Assembly: GCA_037440465.1 (NCBI GenBank)
Contig: JBBIUB010000005.1
Location: forward strand, 9,521-73,520
Source of the DNA: Coprothermobacterota bacterium
GTDB lineage: Bacteria > Coprothermobacterota > HKB111
Direction: 5' to 3'
DNA: 64,000 bases
The notes beneath the pieces are model-generated. The model saw only the letters and a program-made list of their open reading frames with translations, was not told the DNA's origin and ran no database searches. Each line of letters opens with the position of its first letter. Position 1 is the first letter of the stretch. The position numbers and the translations under genes were made by a program. Positions 39,690 to 49,357 of this stretch are shown in pieces.

Positions 39690-41612
39690 CTACCCACTCT
39701 GTTTAACAAAAAACTCTATTTCGTCCCCTTCACGAATTTCCTGATAACCTTCCAAGCGTATTCCGCACTCCATTCCCTCGGGAACCTCTTTGATATCTTC
39801 CTTAAATCGCTTTAGCGATGCTATTTTTGTCTCTCTTAAAACTATTCCATCCCTTATAATTCTTGCCTGACTGTTTCTAAGAACCTTACCTGAAATTACA
39901 ACACATCCAGCAACAATTCCTATCTTTGGGACTTTGAAGGTAGCTTTTATTCGAGCTTTACCAACAATCTCTTCTTTTTCCTCTTTTGTTAGCGCACCTT
40001 TAAGTAACTCCTCAATATCATCTATTGCTTCATAAATAATCCTATGAATCCTTACAGGCACTTTCAATTCTTCAATAAGATGCTGAGCAGGGGTGTCAGG
40101 ACGTACATTAAAACCAAATATCAAAGCCTTAGAAGCATATGCCAGATTCACATCAGAACCAGTAATAGCTCCAACATCTTTGTGAATAACCACAGGTTTT
40201 ACTTCTGTATAAGGAACTTTAGCAATTGACTGAACCAAAGCTTCCAATGAACCATGAGTATCTGCTTTTACCACCAGGTCTATTGTTTTTGATTCAAAGT
40301 CTTTTTTTCTTAGGAATTCGCTCAAGGTATGTGCAGTATTCAGCGCTGAAGTAATAAAAGACTTTTCTCTTGAATCTATAGTCTCTTTAGCCTCTTTGAT
40401 ATCAATTCCACTGAGGATAGCACCAGCTGTTGGAACATCTTCCAATCCACTTACTTCAACAGGTTTCGAAGGGTAAGCTTCCTTCAATGGACGACCTAAA
40501 CTATCAGTTAATGAGCGTATTTTGGCAACTTTACCCTCAACATGAACATAGTCGCCTACCACCAGTACTCCTTCTCTAAGAATTAGAGTAGCAAGTGGTC
40601 CTTTTCCTTTATCAAGTCTTGATTCAATAATTACTCCAGTAGGTATGCCCTTAAAGTCGGTTTTTAACTCAAGAATATCTGAAAATGTAACAATCATATC
40701 CAGAAGTTCATTAATATTTTGCCCTGTTTTTGCTGAAACATCTACATAAACTGTTTTACCACCCCATGTATCAGGCATAAGGTCATGTTTAGAAAGTTCT
40801 TGCCTTACCTTCTGCGGGTCTGCACCTGGCTTATCTATCTTATTTACCACTACCATAACAGGTACATTAGCTGCTTTTGCATGGTTCAAAGCTTCTATTG
40901 TTTGAGGTTGGGCTCCTTCATCAGCAGCTACAACAAGCAGAACAAGGTCTGTAATCTTCGCTCCTCTTGCACGCATAGCTGTGAAGGCTTCATGACCCGG
41001 AGTATCAATAAAGGTAATGCTTCTATCCCCTATCTTCACTTCGTAAGCTCCGATTCTCTGGGTAATCCCACCTATCTCTCCATTTGCTACAGCAGTATGA
41101 CGAATCGCATCCAACAAAGTGGTTTTACCATGGTCTACATGCCCCATAACTGTAACGACAGGTATTTTAGAGATAATCTGCTTCTCCTGTCTCTCCTGAG
41201 CTTTAGGTTTAGTAGGAATAGTCACCTCGGGTTGAACCAAAGCAAATCTAATATTTAATAACTCGCTTATCTTTTTAATATCAACCTGATTGAGTGCTTT
41301 ACCAGCGTTTATAGCCAGTCCCTTTTTAAGAAAATCCGTCATAAGCTCAGTCAAGTTCTTATTAACAGCTATTGCGATATCTTTTAAGGTTGCACTATTA
41401 GGTAGGTTAATAATGTTAGGTTCTTCGTTAATAACCGAAGAAGGTACTTCTATCTTTGGAGATAACAGTTCAATAACAATATGCGCAGTATCTTCATCAA
41501 TAGATGATAAGGACCCTGAAACATTAGCCCCTAATCCACTTAAGACTTTGAGGATCTCTTTAACATCCAGATTACATTCCTTAGCCAATTGGTATATCCT
41601 TACCTTACCCAT
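39690..41612 (-). CDS. infB: Translation initiation factor IF-2
   Basis: MGKVRIYQLAK start, GHVDHGKTT, DTPGHEAF, NKID, SLKRFKED...ECGI. Confidence 0.98.
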   Translation of the reverse strand: MGKVRIYQLAKECNLDVKEILKVLSGLGANVSGSLSSIDEDTAHIVIELLSPKIEVPSSVINEEPNIINLPNSATLKDIAIAVNKNLTELMTDFLKKGLAINAGKALNQVDIKKISELLNIRFALVQPEVTIPTKPKAQERQEKQIISKIPVVTVMGHVDHGKTTLLDAIRHTAVANGEIGGITQRIGAYEVKIGDRSITFIDTPGHEAFTAMRARGAKITDLVLLVVAADEGAQPQTIEALNHAKAANVPVMVVVNKIDKPGADPQKVRQELSKHDLMPDTWGGKTVYVDVSAKTGQNINELLDMIVTFSDILELKTDFKGIPTGVIIESRLDKGKGPLATLILREGVLVVGDYVHVEGKVAKIRSLTDSLGRPLKEAYPSKPVEVSGLEDVPTAGAILSGIDIKEAKETIDSREKSFITSALNTAHTLSEFLRKKDFESKTIDLVVKADTHGSLEALVQSIAKVPYTEVKPVVIHKDVGAITGSDVNLAYASKALIFGFNVRPDTPAQHLIEELKVPVRIHRIIYEAIDDIEELLKGALTKEEKEEIVGKARIKATFKVPKIGIVAGCVVISGKVLRNSQARIIRDGIVLRETKIASLKRFKEDIKEVPEGMECGIRLEGYQEIREGDEIEFFVKQSG

Positions 41613-41883
41613 CTTTCCTCCTGTCAATTTGAGCTATCAGGTTTGCTGTAATCTCTTTTATTTCCTTATCATCAACCTCTATTCTTAAAGACTTACCAAG
41701 AATACCTTTCCTCAGAAGCCCTTTTAAGCAAGAAGGGTTATAACATACATATGCTCCTCTACCAGAAAGTTTAGTGGTTAGGTCAAGTCTTAATCCAGCT
41801 TCATCTCGCGTTAACCTCATAAGGTCTTTCTTGGGACGAGAAACTCTACAAACTATACAAGTTCTTATGGGTTCCTTAATCAT
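41605..41883 (-). CDS. ylxR: YlxR family RNA-binding protein
   Basis: PIRTCIVC, GRGAYVC...C. Confidence 0.93.
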   Translation of the reverse strand: MIKEPIRTCIVCRVSRPKKDLMRLTRDEAGLRLDLTTKLSGRGAYVCYNPSCLKGLLRKGILGKSLRIEVDDKEIKEITANLIAQIDRRKDG

Positions 41884-42935
41884 TCGCCTTCCATTATATC
41901 AATTTTAATACCGACAAGCTTGGCAGCAAGACGTACATTCTGACCTTTAATGCCAATAGCTATGGACTTAGCATTTCCAACATTGGGAACCATTACTTTA
42001 GCCACCTTTTCTCTTATTCCTTCTTGATTAATTTCTTCTACAATATCAACGGAGCTCACTTTTGCTGGACTTAAAGCATTAGCTACATAGGTTTTAAGGT
42101 CACTACTCCATCTAACAATATCTATGCGTTCTCCTTTTAGCTCCCTGATAACATTTTGAATCCGGTATCCTTTAGTGCCTATACATATCCCGACAGGCTC
42201 AATCCTTTCTTCTTTTGAACGAACAGATACTTTTGAACGCATACCAGCTTCCCTAACAATGTTCACTATCTCAATCAAACCCTGGCGTATTTCTGGAACC
42301 TCTAATTCCAATAACTTCCTCATAAGGTATGGACTACTACGAGATACTAAAATAACAGGGTCTTTAAAAGAAATATCCATCTTAACTATATATACTACCA
42401 GTCGCTCTCCCATTTTATACTTTTCACTTCCTTGTTCTTTGGGAGACAACATACCTTCACCAACAGCAAATTTTACATAAATTCCTTTCTCATCCCATCT
42501 CCAGACATGGCCTGTTAATATATCACCCTCTTTAGCGGAGAAGTTACTGATGATCGCTTCTCTTTCTCCTTCTCTTACCGCCTGAGAGATTACCTGCCTG
42601 GCAACCTGTATGGCAATTCGTCCAAAATCCTGCGGTGTAGGTACTATCATTTCTACTGTATCTCCTGGTAAATATACAGGTTTGAGTTTCTTAGCTTCTT
42701 GTATAGATATCTCCGAGGAAGGATTATTAACTTCTTCTACAACTTTTTTTATTAAAGATAAATGCATCTCACCGCTTTTCTCACTTATATCTACTGTTAA
42801 GGCGTCGTTAGCTCCATAACGCTTTCTATAAGCATATGTCAGAGCCTTTTTTATACCTTCTATAAGCTTGCCTTTGGGAATGCCTTTTAGCTTCTCAATT
42901 TCTTCTATAGCTGAAATTAATTCTCTATTTGCCAT
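41880..42935 (-). CDS. nusA: Transcription factor NusA
   Basis: FGRIAIQVARQ, EVPEI, REAG-RSK, ALSPA, GQNVRLAAKL. Confidence 0.97.
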   Translation of the reverse strand: MANRELISAIEEIEKLKGIPKGKLIEGIKKALTYAYRKRYGANDALTVDISEKSGEMHLSLIKKVVEEVNNPSSEISIQEAKKLKPVYLPGDTVEMIVPTPQDFGRIAIQVARQVISQAVREGEREAIISNFSAKEGDILTGHVWRWDEKGIYVKFAVGEGMLSPKEQGSEKYKMGERLVVYIVKMDISFKDPVILVSRSSPYLMRKLLELEVPEIRQGLIEIVNIVREAGMRSKVSVRSKEERIEPVGICIGTKGYRIQNVIRELKGERIDIVRWSSDLKTYVANALSPAKVSSVDIVEEINQEGIREKVAKVMVPNVGNAKSIAIGIKGQNVRLAAKLVGIKIDIMEGE

Positions 42936-42937
42936 AT

Positions 42938-43408
42938 TTATATCTCGGGTTCTAAATTTGCATTAGTTATTCTATCGTGAGCAATTGTTATTAAGCCTTC
43001 TTCTCCAACATCTAAAGTAACATTGCAATCTCCAGCTTTACTAATAATGCCAACAACTTCTCGGGCTTTTCCATCTTCATCGTTCCAGTTAACATGAACT
43101 CTTAGACCCTCAAAATAGCCATACTCTTTTTTATCCTTTAACTTTCTAAAGATTCCCGGAGTTGATACCTCAAGAACATAGGGTATATCAATAGACAAAT
43201 CTTGGTCAAGCTTAAGCTCAACTTCTCTGGAAACTTGTTCGCAGTCTCTTAAATTAACTCTTCCTCCTGGTTTGTGTAGATAAATACGGAGAACACAATT
43301 TCTCCCGTGAATCTCACTTTCCACATCCAGGAGTATGAGTCCCTTTTTTTCAACTATGGGTTTTGCTAATTCATATACCTTTTTTCTTATTTCAAGCCCT
43401 CTAACCAT
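42938..43408 (-). CDS. rimP: Ribosome maturation factor RimP
   Basis: DCEQVSR, YVLEVSTPG; first gene of the nusA operon. Confidence 0.93.
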   Translation of the reverse strand: MVRGLEIRKKVYELAKPIVEKKGLILLDVESEIHGRNCVLRIYLHKPGGRVNLRDCEQVSREVELKLDQDLSIDIPYVLEVSTPGIFRKLKDKKEYGYFEGLRVHVNWNDEDGKAREVVGIISKAGDCNVTLDVGEEGLITIAHDRITNANLEPEI

Positions 43409-43427
43409 GGCTTACACCTCTTTAAAA

Positions 43428-43457
43428 ATTTAGGAGTGGGAGTGCCCACTCCTAAAT
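43428..43457 (-). promoter_or_regulatory. rimP-leader hairpin (attenuator-like)
   Basis: Perfect 13-bp stem ATTTAGGAGTGGG-CACT-CCCACTCCTAAAT followed by a T-run, between promoter and rimP RBS. The GAGTGGG/CCCACTC core is typical of rimP leaders. Confidence 0.75.
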
Positions 43458-43479
43458 ATAAGTTTATATTCTATATTTT

Positions 43480-43508
43480 AGTTTATACCTTTTTATTTAT
43501 TATGTCAA
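43480..43508 (-). promoter_or_regulatory. Sigma70 promoter for the rimP-nusA-infB operon
   Basis: TTGACA-17 nt-TAAACT on the minus strand. Confidence 0.7.
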
Positions 43509-43529
43509 TATTGCTAACAATAAATTAAA

Positions 43530-43606
43530 TGGTACGCCCGGAGGGACTCGAACCCCCAACCCTCTGCTTAGAAGGCAGATGCTCTTTCCACTTGAGCTAC
43601 GGGCGC
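43530..43606 (-). tRNA. tRNA-Arg (TCT)
   Basis: GCGCCCGTAGCTCAAG...TCTGC-CT-TCT-AA-GCAGA...GGTTCGAGTCC...CGTACCA. Confidence 0.97.
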
Positions 43607-43631
43607 TAAAAAAATATTACAATCAACAAAA

Positions 43632-43709
43632 TGGTCGGGGCGGGCAGATTTGAACTGCCGACCTCGTGCTCCCAAAACACGCGCGCTAACCAGACTACGC
43701 TACACCCCG
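43632..43709 (-). tRNA. tRNA-Pro (TGG)
   Basis: CGGGGTGTAGCGTAG...CGTGT-TT-TGG-GA-GCACG...GTTCAAATC...CCGACCA. Confidence 0.97.
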
Positions 43710-43921
43710 ATAACAATATTTAGGTAATTATGTAAACAATTCAACAACAAGTAGAGTATATTTTAACATAGATTTTCCCTATATATAACTCTTTTTCAAC
43801 ATAAAACACTATAAGGGAGGGAACTTTCAGTGGTAGTACCTGACCGTCATAAGAGCGATAGCCCCTGTGAAATTGGTGCGTTTTAACCAAAATATGTCAC
43901 CTTATTTACGAAATGCACTAC

Positions 43922-44587
43922 TTAAATAATTTCATAGTAGGACTTTCCAGTTCTTATAAAGTATGAATCACCATATACAGGCATTCTCCTACCAAAAGGA
44001 CCTACTATATATTGCACATCCGGTTGTATATCATAAATAACAATATCCTTGACATCAGACAAAGTTGTATAAAGAACCTGAGCTAACTCTCCTACCAGTG
44101 GTCCAAGGAAGGCAGATACAAGCACAGCTAAAATAATTGTCCATAAATTAATTGCACCACTAACAAATATAAGGGTAATTAAAACAACTCCACTAAGAAA
44201 ACTACCTACAGCCCTACCAGTACCACAAGAAGAGTGTATAGCCAGCGATTTTTCTCCAGCTTTAAGTCTCTCAAGAGCTTCTCTCACTGCTTTCTCAACC
44301 ATAATAGGCTCAACAGATCCCTTTATATAGAAACCATCTTCTTTTGCAAAACCACTTAGCCACCCTCTCTTTCCAGAATAACCTTCCAGAACATTAATAG
44401 TGGCATGTTCAAGAGCGTGATTCTTTCTCAAGATCGGATTACGAGCAAGCTCCATAAGTTGCGCTGGTACAGTAAAAAGGCTAAACATAGAATTTACCAC
44501 ATATCCAAAGGGAACAAGGAATAAAAAAGAAGATAAAAATATGGCTATTGGCCAAAAAAGTATAAAAAGAAGTATATATAATATCAA
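43922..44587 (-). CDS. DUF6391-like membrane protein
   Basis: RKNHALEHATINVL and LAIHSSCGT motifs with TM segments. Confidence 0.75.
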   Translation of the reverse strand: MILYILLFILFWPIAIFLSSFLFLVPFGYVVNSMFSLFTVPAQLMELARNPILRKNHALEHATINVLEGYSGKRGWLSGFAKEDGFYIKGSVEPIMVEKAVREALERLKAGEKSLAIHSSCGTGRAVGSFLSGVVLITLIFVSGAINLWTIILAVLVSAFLGPLVGELAQVLYTTLSDVKDIVIYDIQPDVQYIVGPFGRRMPVYGDSYFIRTGKSYYEII

Positions 44588-44798
44588 TTTAAAACCTCAC
44601 AATAATCAATAATTGAATCATTACGAGCAAGTATACCCTGTTCAAGGTTTACTTAACCTATCAAGAAGATTTAAATTATGCTTGTAATATTTTACTACCC
44701 TTTGTTATCTTTATAAAACAATTTTTAAGAAAAATCTAAATTCTAAGTATAATGGTTAATTCATCTTTTTATTTGTTATGATGTATATATTTCATTAC

Positions 44799-44824
44799 TG
44801 TCATCCTGAATTTATTTCAGCATC
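44799..44824 (+). repeat. TGTC-tagged REP-like palindrome, copy 1
   Basis: TGTCATCCTGAATTTATTTCAGCATC; 25/26 identical to the reverse complement of 56296-56321. Confidence 0.75.
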
Positions 44825-44914
44825 CCTTTGAATTATTATGTCATATCTTTATACATAGCTTCACAAATCTATATATAATAGTAAAATATTTAATAGTAAA
44901 AAGGGAGGTTATAA

Positions 44915-46120
44915 ATGAATATGGAGCAGGAAATTGCAAAATTCCTTATTGAGCTTATAAATACAAAAGCAGTTAATCCTCGTTCTCAGGAAGGTGCTGA
45001 AGGAGAAGGTAATAGAGCAAAGTATCTTAAAGAAAATATTAAAAAAATCATACCCGGGGTTAAGGTTGATGAATATGTGGCATATGATAAAGAATCTCCA
45101 GTCAAAAATCGCCCAAATATCATTGCCACATTAGAAGGCTTAGATACTTCTCAAACCTTGTATTTTATCACTCATATGGACACCGTACCTGAAGGAGACC
45201 TAACACTCTGGGAGAGTAATCCCTTCATAGCTATTTATAAAGATGGTAAAGTGTTTGGAAGAGGAGCAGAAGACAACCTCCAGGCTATGGTTTCTTCCAT
45301 CTTTGCCCTTAGAGAAGTTGCTCTAAATAAAGATAAACCTCCAGTAAATATTTCTCTTGTCTTTGTTTCTGATGAAGAAACAGGTAGTATTTACGGTATC
45401 CAGTACCTTGCAGAAATGAAATTGTTCAAAAAGAGTGACCTGATAATAGTACCTGACTATGGCTCACCAGAAGGAGATTTTCTGGAAGTAGCAGAGAAAG
45501 GAATCTTCTGGTTTAAAATAGAAGTTTTGGGTCGTCAAACTCACGCTTCACAACCTCACTTAGGGTTGAATGCTCACCTTAAAGGTATGGAGTTTGCTTT
45601 AAGTCTCTACAAAGCACTTAAGAAGAAGTTTAAATTAAGTAATCATCTCTTTGACCCGTCAGTGAGTACATTTGAACCTACCAAAAAAGAAGCTAATGTT
45701 GATAATATTAACACTATCCCCGGAAAAGATGTGATTTACTTTGATTGTCGGGTTCTTCCAGAATTCAAGTTAGAAGATGTTCTACGCTTTATAAAAAGAA
45801 AAGCTCAAACATTCAGTAAAAAAGAAGGGGTTGAAATTAACATTTCTGTCGTTCAAAAAGAAGGAGCTCCACCCATTACTTCACCTAAGTCTAATGTTGT
45901 TCAAAAGCTTAAGGGGGCCATAAAAAAAGCGTTAAATATCGAGGTAAATATAGGCGGTATTGGTGGTGGAACTTGTGCTGCTATTCTAAGAAAGGCTGGC
46001 TTTGAAGTAGCAGTATGGGCAAAAAATGACCATACAGCTCACCAGGTAAATGAATATGCCAGATTAACTAACATATTAGACGAGGTAAAGGTCTTCTACT
46101 ATCTAATGATAGATTTTTAA
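44915..46120 (+). CDS. M20 family metallo-hydrolase (DapE/ArgE-like)
   Basis: THMDTVP, GRGAEDN, SDEETG, AEKG, HAS, GGGT, AHQVNE. Confidence 0.9.
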   Translation: MNMEQEIAKFLIELINTKAVNPRSQEGAEGEGNRAKYLKENIKKIIPGVKVDEYVAYDKESPVKNRPNIIATLEGLDTSQTLYFITHMDTVPEGDLTLWESNPFIAIYKDGKVFGRGAEDNLQAMVSSIFALREVALNKDKPPVNISLVFVSDEETGSIYGIQYLAEMKLFKKSDLIIVPDYGSPEGDFLEVAEKGIFWFKIEVLGRQTHASQPHLGLNAHLKGMEFALSLYKALKKKFKLSNHLFDPSVSTFEPTKKEANVDNINTIPGKDVIYFDCRVLPEFKLEDVLRFIKRKAQTFSKKEGVEINISVVQKEGAPPITSPKSNVVQKLKGAIKKALNIEVNIGGIGGGTCAAILRKAGFEVAVWAKNDHTAHQVNEYARLTNILDEVKVFYYLMIDF

Positions 46121-46140
46121 CCCCACATACCCTGAATGTA

Positions 46141-47349
46141 CTAACAAACCGATAAGTTACCCTCAATAAGATCTTTAATAAGGGTCTTTATGCCTGATAG
46201 CTCTCTTAAAGAGGCCTCTCTGGCTTTCTTTTCTATATAAGCCAGATCTGCTATTTTATGAGGAACAATCTGAAGTGCAGTGATAAGAGGTTCATTGACT
46301 GGCTTGCCAATCTGACTGCATAACCAGACATATACTTCATTAATGCCCTCTACTTCACTATAAACCCTGGTAGCTATCCTATGAGTAAGAAAGTTGTAGA
46401 TTTTTCCTACATGAGAAACAGGATTCTTGCCAGCAGCTGCTTCGGTACCCATTGGTCTGTTGAGTGAAATTATGCCATTCACTCGGTTCCCCCGACCTAC
46501 CTGCCCTGAATCACTACTCTCAGCAGATGTCCCGGTAACGGTTGTATATACACCTTTAATACCACTTCCCCTTTCGTCCAGAGTGTTTATATCAACTCTA
46601 ACAATATCAAAAGAATTATCGCGAATTACACTTTCATGAAGTTTAGATTTTATCCGTTCTTTCTTTATAAAGTAATCATCTTCACCAGAAACATATTTAT
46701 CAACAAAAGCCAGGGCTACTGTTAAAATAAGCTCTCTACGGTAGCGGTAACCCATTACTTTTATATCTTCGCCAACTTCAGGAAACTCTTTTTTAAACTG
46801 AGGTGAATTTAGTAACCTTTCAGTTTCATAAACTATCTTCTCAGTTGGAGTAAAAGGAGAATATCCAACAGCAGCAGATGTATCATTAGCTCTCAGTACC
46901 TCTTCTTTCTTATCAAAAATAGAAGAAAGTTGGGGAGAAGCAGGTTTAATCTCCACTTGATAATCAACATACTTATCAGGGTCAACAAATCGTAGTTCTT
47001 GTGTTAACCACTCTTTAGCAGTACCAATTGCGATATCTTTTACTGGAATCTTCTTACCATTAAATTCTATAGTAGCTCTATCTCCAAAAACGAGAAGCAT
47101 GGGTTTTGTTACTTCTCCACCTCCAAAGCGGGTTTCAGCAGTTCCAGCCACCAGAAGGGCTTTATCAATGTTATGATGAAGAACCTTACCAAAATTTCGC
47201 AGATAATACTGTGAGAGTTTCTGGGAAACCTTATCCATAATAGCATCTACAATATGGTCGGGATGCCCAATTCCTTTCCTTTCCACCAGTTCTACTTCTT
47301 GCTCATTAACCGGTGTAGCCTTTAAAAAATCAACAGTAACAGTTCTCAT
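46141..47349 (-). CDS. mat: S-adenosylmethionine synthetase, archaeal type
   Basis: ERKGIGHPD, ANDTS, GEDIKVM, DSGQVGRGNRVNG, EAAAGKNPVSHVGKIYN; lacks the bacterial MetK GAGDQG and GGGAFSGKD motifs. Confidence 0.93.
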   Translation of the reverse strand: MRTVTVDFLKATPVNEQEVELVERKGIGHPDHIVDAIMDKVSQKLSQYYLRNFGKVLHHNIDKALLVAGTAETRFGGGEVTKPMLLVFGDRATIEFNGKKIPVKDIAIGTAKEWLTQELRFVDPDKYVDYQVEIKPASPQLSSIFDKKEEVLRANDTSAAVGYSPFTPTEKIVYETERLLNSPQFKKEFPEVGEDIKVMGYRYRRELILTVALAFVDKYVSGEDDYFIKKERIKSKLHESVIRDNSFDIVRVDINTLDERGSGIKGVYTTVTGTSAESSDSGQVGRGNRVNGIISLNRPMGTEAAAGKNPVSHVGKIYNFLTHRIATRVYSEVEGINEVYVWLCSQIGKPVNEPLITALQIVPHKIADLAYIEKKAREASLRELSGIKTLIKDLIEGNLSVC

Positions 47350-47478
47350 TCTTCTACCTCCTGTTTATGATTTCTAATTTATTCTATCCAATTTAACACT
47401 ACTTCAAGACCTCTCCTTCTGAAACGACCCCCTTCTAAAGGGTATCCCACAGAAATAAGTGCTTCTATAACATCCTTC

Positions 47479-48933
47479 TTAACCTTTTACTACTCCCACA
47501 GGTCTCATACGACAAACTTTTTTGGAAATGCCGGCTCCGTGGACCACATCAACTACCTGTGTTACATCTTTATAAGCTTCAGGAGCTTCTTCTACCAGAG
47601 TCTCATTACTTTCTGCTTTAACTATAATGCCCTTTCTCTTAAGTGCTTCTAAGAGCTCAATGGCTTTGGTCTCTCTCTTTGAAGCGGTTCTGGATTTTAC
47701 TCTACCAGCACCGTGACAGGTAGAACCCCAGGCTTCTTCCATTGCTTTCTGTGTTCCCACAAGGAGATAAGAATATCTTCCCATGTCACCTGGGATGAGA
47801 ACGGGTTGACCTACTTCTTGGTAAAGAGGCGGTATTTCTTCTCGTCCTGAAGGAAAAGCACGGGTTGCTCCTTTTCGGTGAACAACAAGTTCAATTGGAG
47901 CTTCATCAACCAGGTGAGTTTCTATTTTGGCAATGTTGTGAGCTACATCGTAAACCTGATTTAATCCCAGATTCTCCCACGAACTTCTGAATACTTCTTC
48001 AAAAGATTCTCTGACCCAATGAGTTATCATCTGTCTGTTTGTCCAAGCATAATTAGCTGCACCGACCATGGCTGAGAAATACCTCTTTCCTTCGGGAGAT
48101 TTAAAAGGTGAACAGGCTAACTGTCTATCTGCTAACTTAATATTATATTCCCGCGCAGCCTTTTCCATCACTTTAATATAATCAGTAGCTACTTGGTGAC
48201 CAAGACCTCTGGAACCAGAATGAATCAACATGGTGACCTGCCCTTTAAATAAACCAAAGACTTTAGCTGTCTCTTCATCATAAACCATATCTACAATCTG
48301 GACTTCCAGAAAGTGATTCCCTGAACCCAAAGAACCAAGTTGCGGAAAACCTCGCTTCTTGGCTTCTGCGCTTACTGCCTGTGGCTCTGCTCCTTTCATC
48401 TCTCCATTTTCCTCTGTATAAAGGAGGTCTTCCTTCACACCAAAGCCCTTCTCTACAGCAAAACGGGCTCCTTTAACCAGAACCTGGTCCAGCTCTTGAG
48501 AAGTAACCTTTACCTTCCCGTGAGAACCGACTCCTGAAGGTACATTTCGGAAAATAGCATTCAATAACTGCTCTACTCGTCCTTCAAGATCCTCCTTCTT
48601 AAGGTCTGTCCGCAGGAGTCTGACCCCGCAGTTTATATCATAACCTATTCCCCCAGGTGTAATAACCCCAGTATTAACTTCAAAGGCAGCCACACCACCA
48701 ATGGGAAAACCGTATCCCCAGTGGATATCAGGCATAGCAAGAGAGTATTTCATAATACCCGGTAAGGTTGCTACATTAGCGACTTGCTCCAGAGCTTCCT
48801 CTTCGGTGGTAATCTCCCAGAGGTCACTGTCTAAATAAACCATGCCGGGAACTTTCATTCCTGACTTGTAATCCTGTGGGATTAAAACTCTGTAAGAGTC
48901 TATCCTTTTATGAAGGCCTTTCCATTTTCCCAT
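47479..48933 (-). CDS. rtcB: RNA-splicing ligase RtcB
   Basis: MPDIHWGYGFPIG, YDINCG, GNHFLE, HSGSRG, HRKGAT, HGAGR, EEAPEAYK. Confidence 0.97.
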   Translation of the reverse strand: MGKWKGLHKRIDSYRVLIPQDYKSGMKVPGMVYLDSDLWEITTEEEALEQVANVATLPGIMKYSLAMPDIHWGYGFPIGGVAAFEVNTGVITPGGIGYDINCGVRLLRTDLKKEDLEGRVEQLLNAIFRNVPSGVGSHGKVKVTSQELDQVLVKGARFAVEKGFGVKEDLLYTEENGEMKGAEPQAVSAEAKKRGFPQLGSLGSGNHFLEVQIVDMVYDEETAKVFGLFKGQVTMLIHSGSRGLGHQVATDYIKVMEKAAREYNIKLADRQLACSPFKSPEGKRYFSAMVGAANYAWTNRQMITHWVRESFEEVFRSSWENLGLNQVYDVAHNIAKIETHLVDEAPIELVVHRKGATRAFPSGREEIPPLYQEVGQPVLIPGDMGRYSYLLVGTQKAMEEAWGSTCHGAGRVKSRTASKRETKAIELLEALKRKGIIVKAESNETLVEEAPEAYKDVTQVVDVVHGAGISKKVCRMRPVGVVKG

Positions 48934-48946
48934 ACTTCTTCACCTC

Positions 48947-49357
48947 CTAAACATCCAGGATAATGCGGATTTTATATATATCTTTACGCTTTTTGAAGCT
49001 AGCCTTGTGATAGGTAACTGCTTTAATTAATTTTCGTAACTCGTGTTTTTCTCTTATAAATGGTTCACCTTTTATTACAACCCAAACTGGATTAAGATTT
49101 CTAATCTCTATAAGCTCTTTGGAAAGGAAACCTTCACCATCATAACGATACAGAACCTGACTCAAAAAATCTACCACACCACTGGTTAAGCTTTTGGAAG
49201 AAGTCCTTACCTCTTTCTCTTCCATGGGTTCCACCTTTTCAGTATCGTAAAGAAGGGTTGTAAAAGCATTGAAAACCTCTTTTAAAGCCTCTTCTCTTGT
49301 AGAACCCCAGGCTTCAATCCCCATATCAGCTGTGTGTTCTATATACCTATAGGGCAT
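48947..49357 (-). CDS. Archease
   Basis: EHTAD, IKAVTYH, C-terminal ILDV; directly upstream of rtcB. Confidence 0.95.
   Translation of the reverse strand: MPYRYIEHTADMGIEAWGSTREEALKEVFNAFTTLLYDTEKVEPMEEKEVRTSSKSLTSGVVDFLSQVLYRYDGEGFLSKELIEIRNLNPVWVVIKGEPFIREKHELRKLIKAVTYHKASFKKRKDIYKIRIILDV

Noticed and set aside
43825..43900. c-di-GMP-I riboswitch on the minus strand
   Set aside because: Only a loose 3' resemblance; the GGCAAAC..GAAA..GCAAAGC core is absent.
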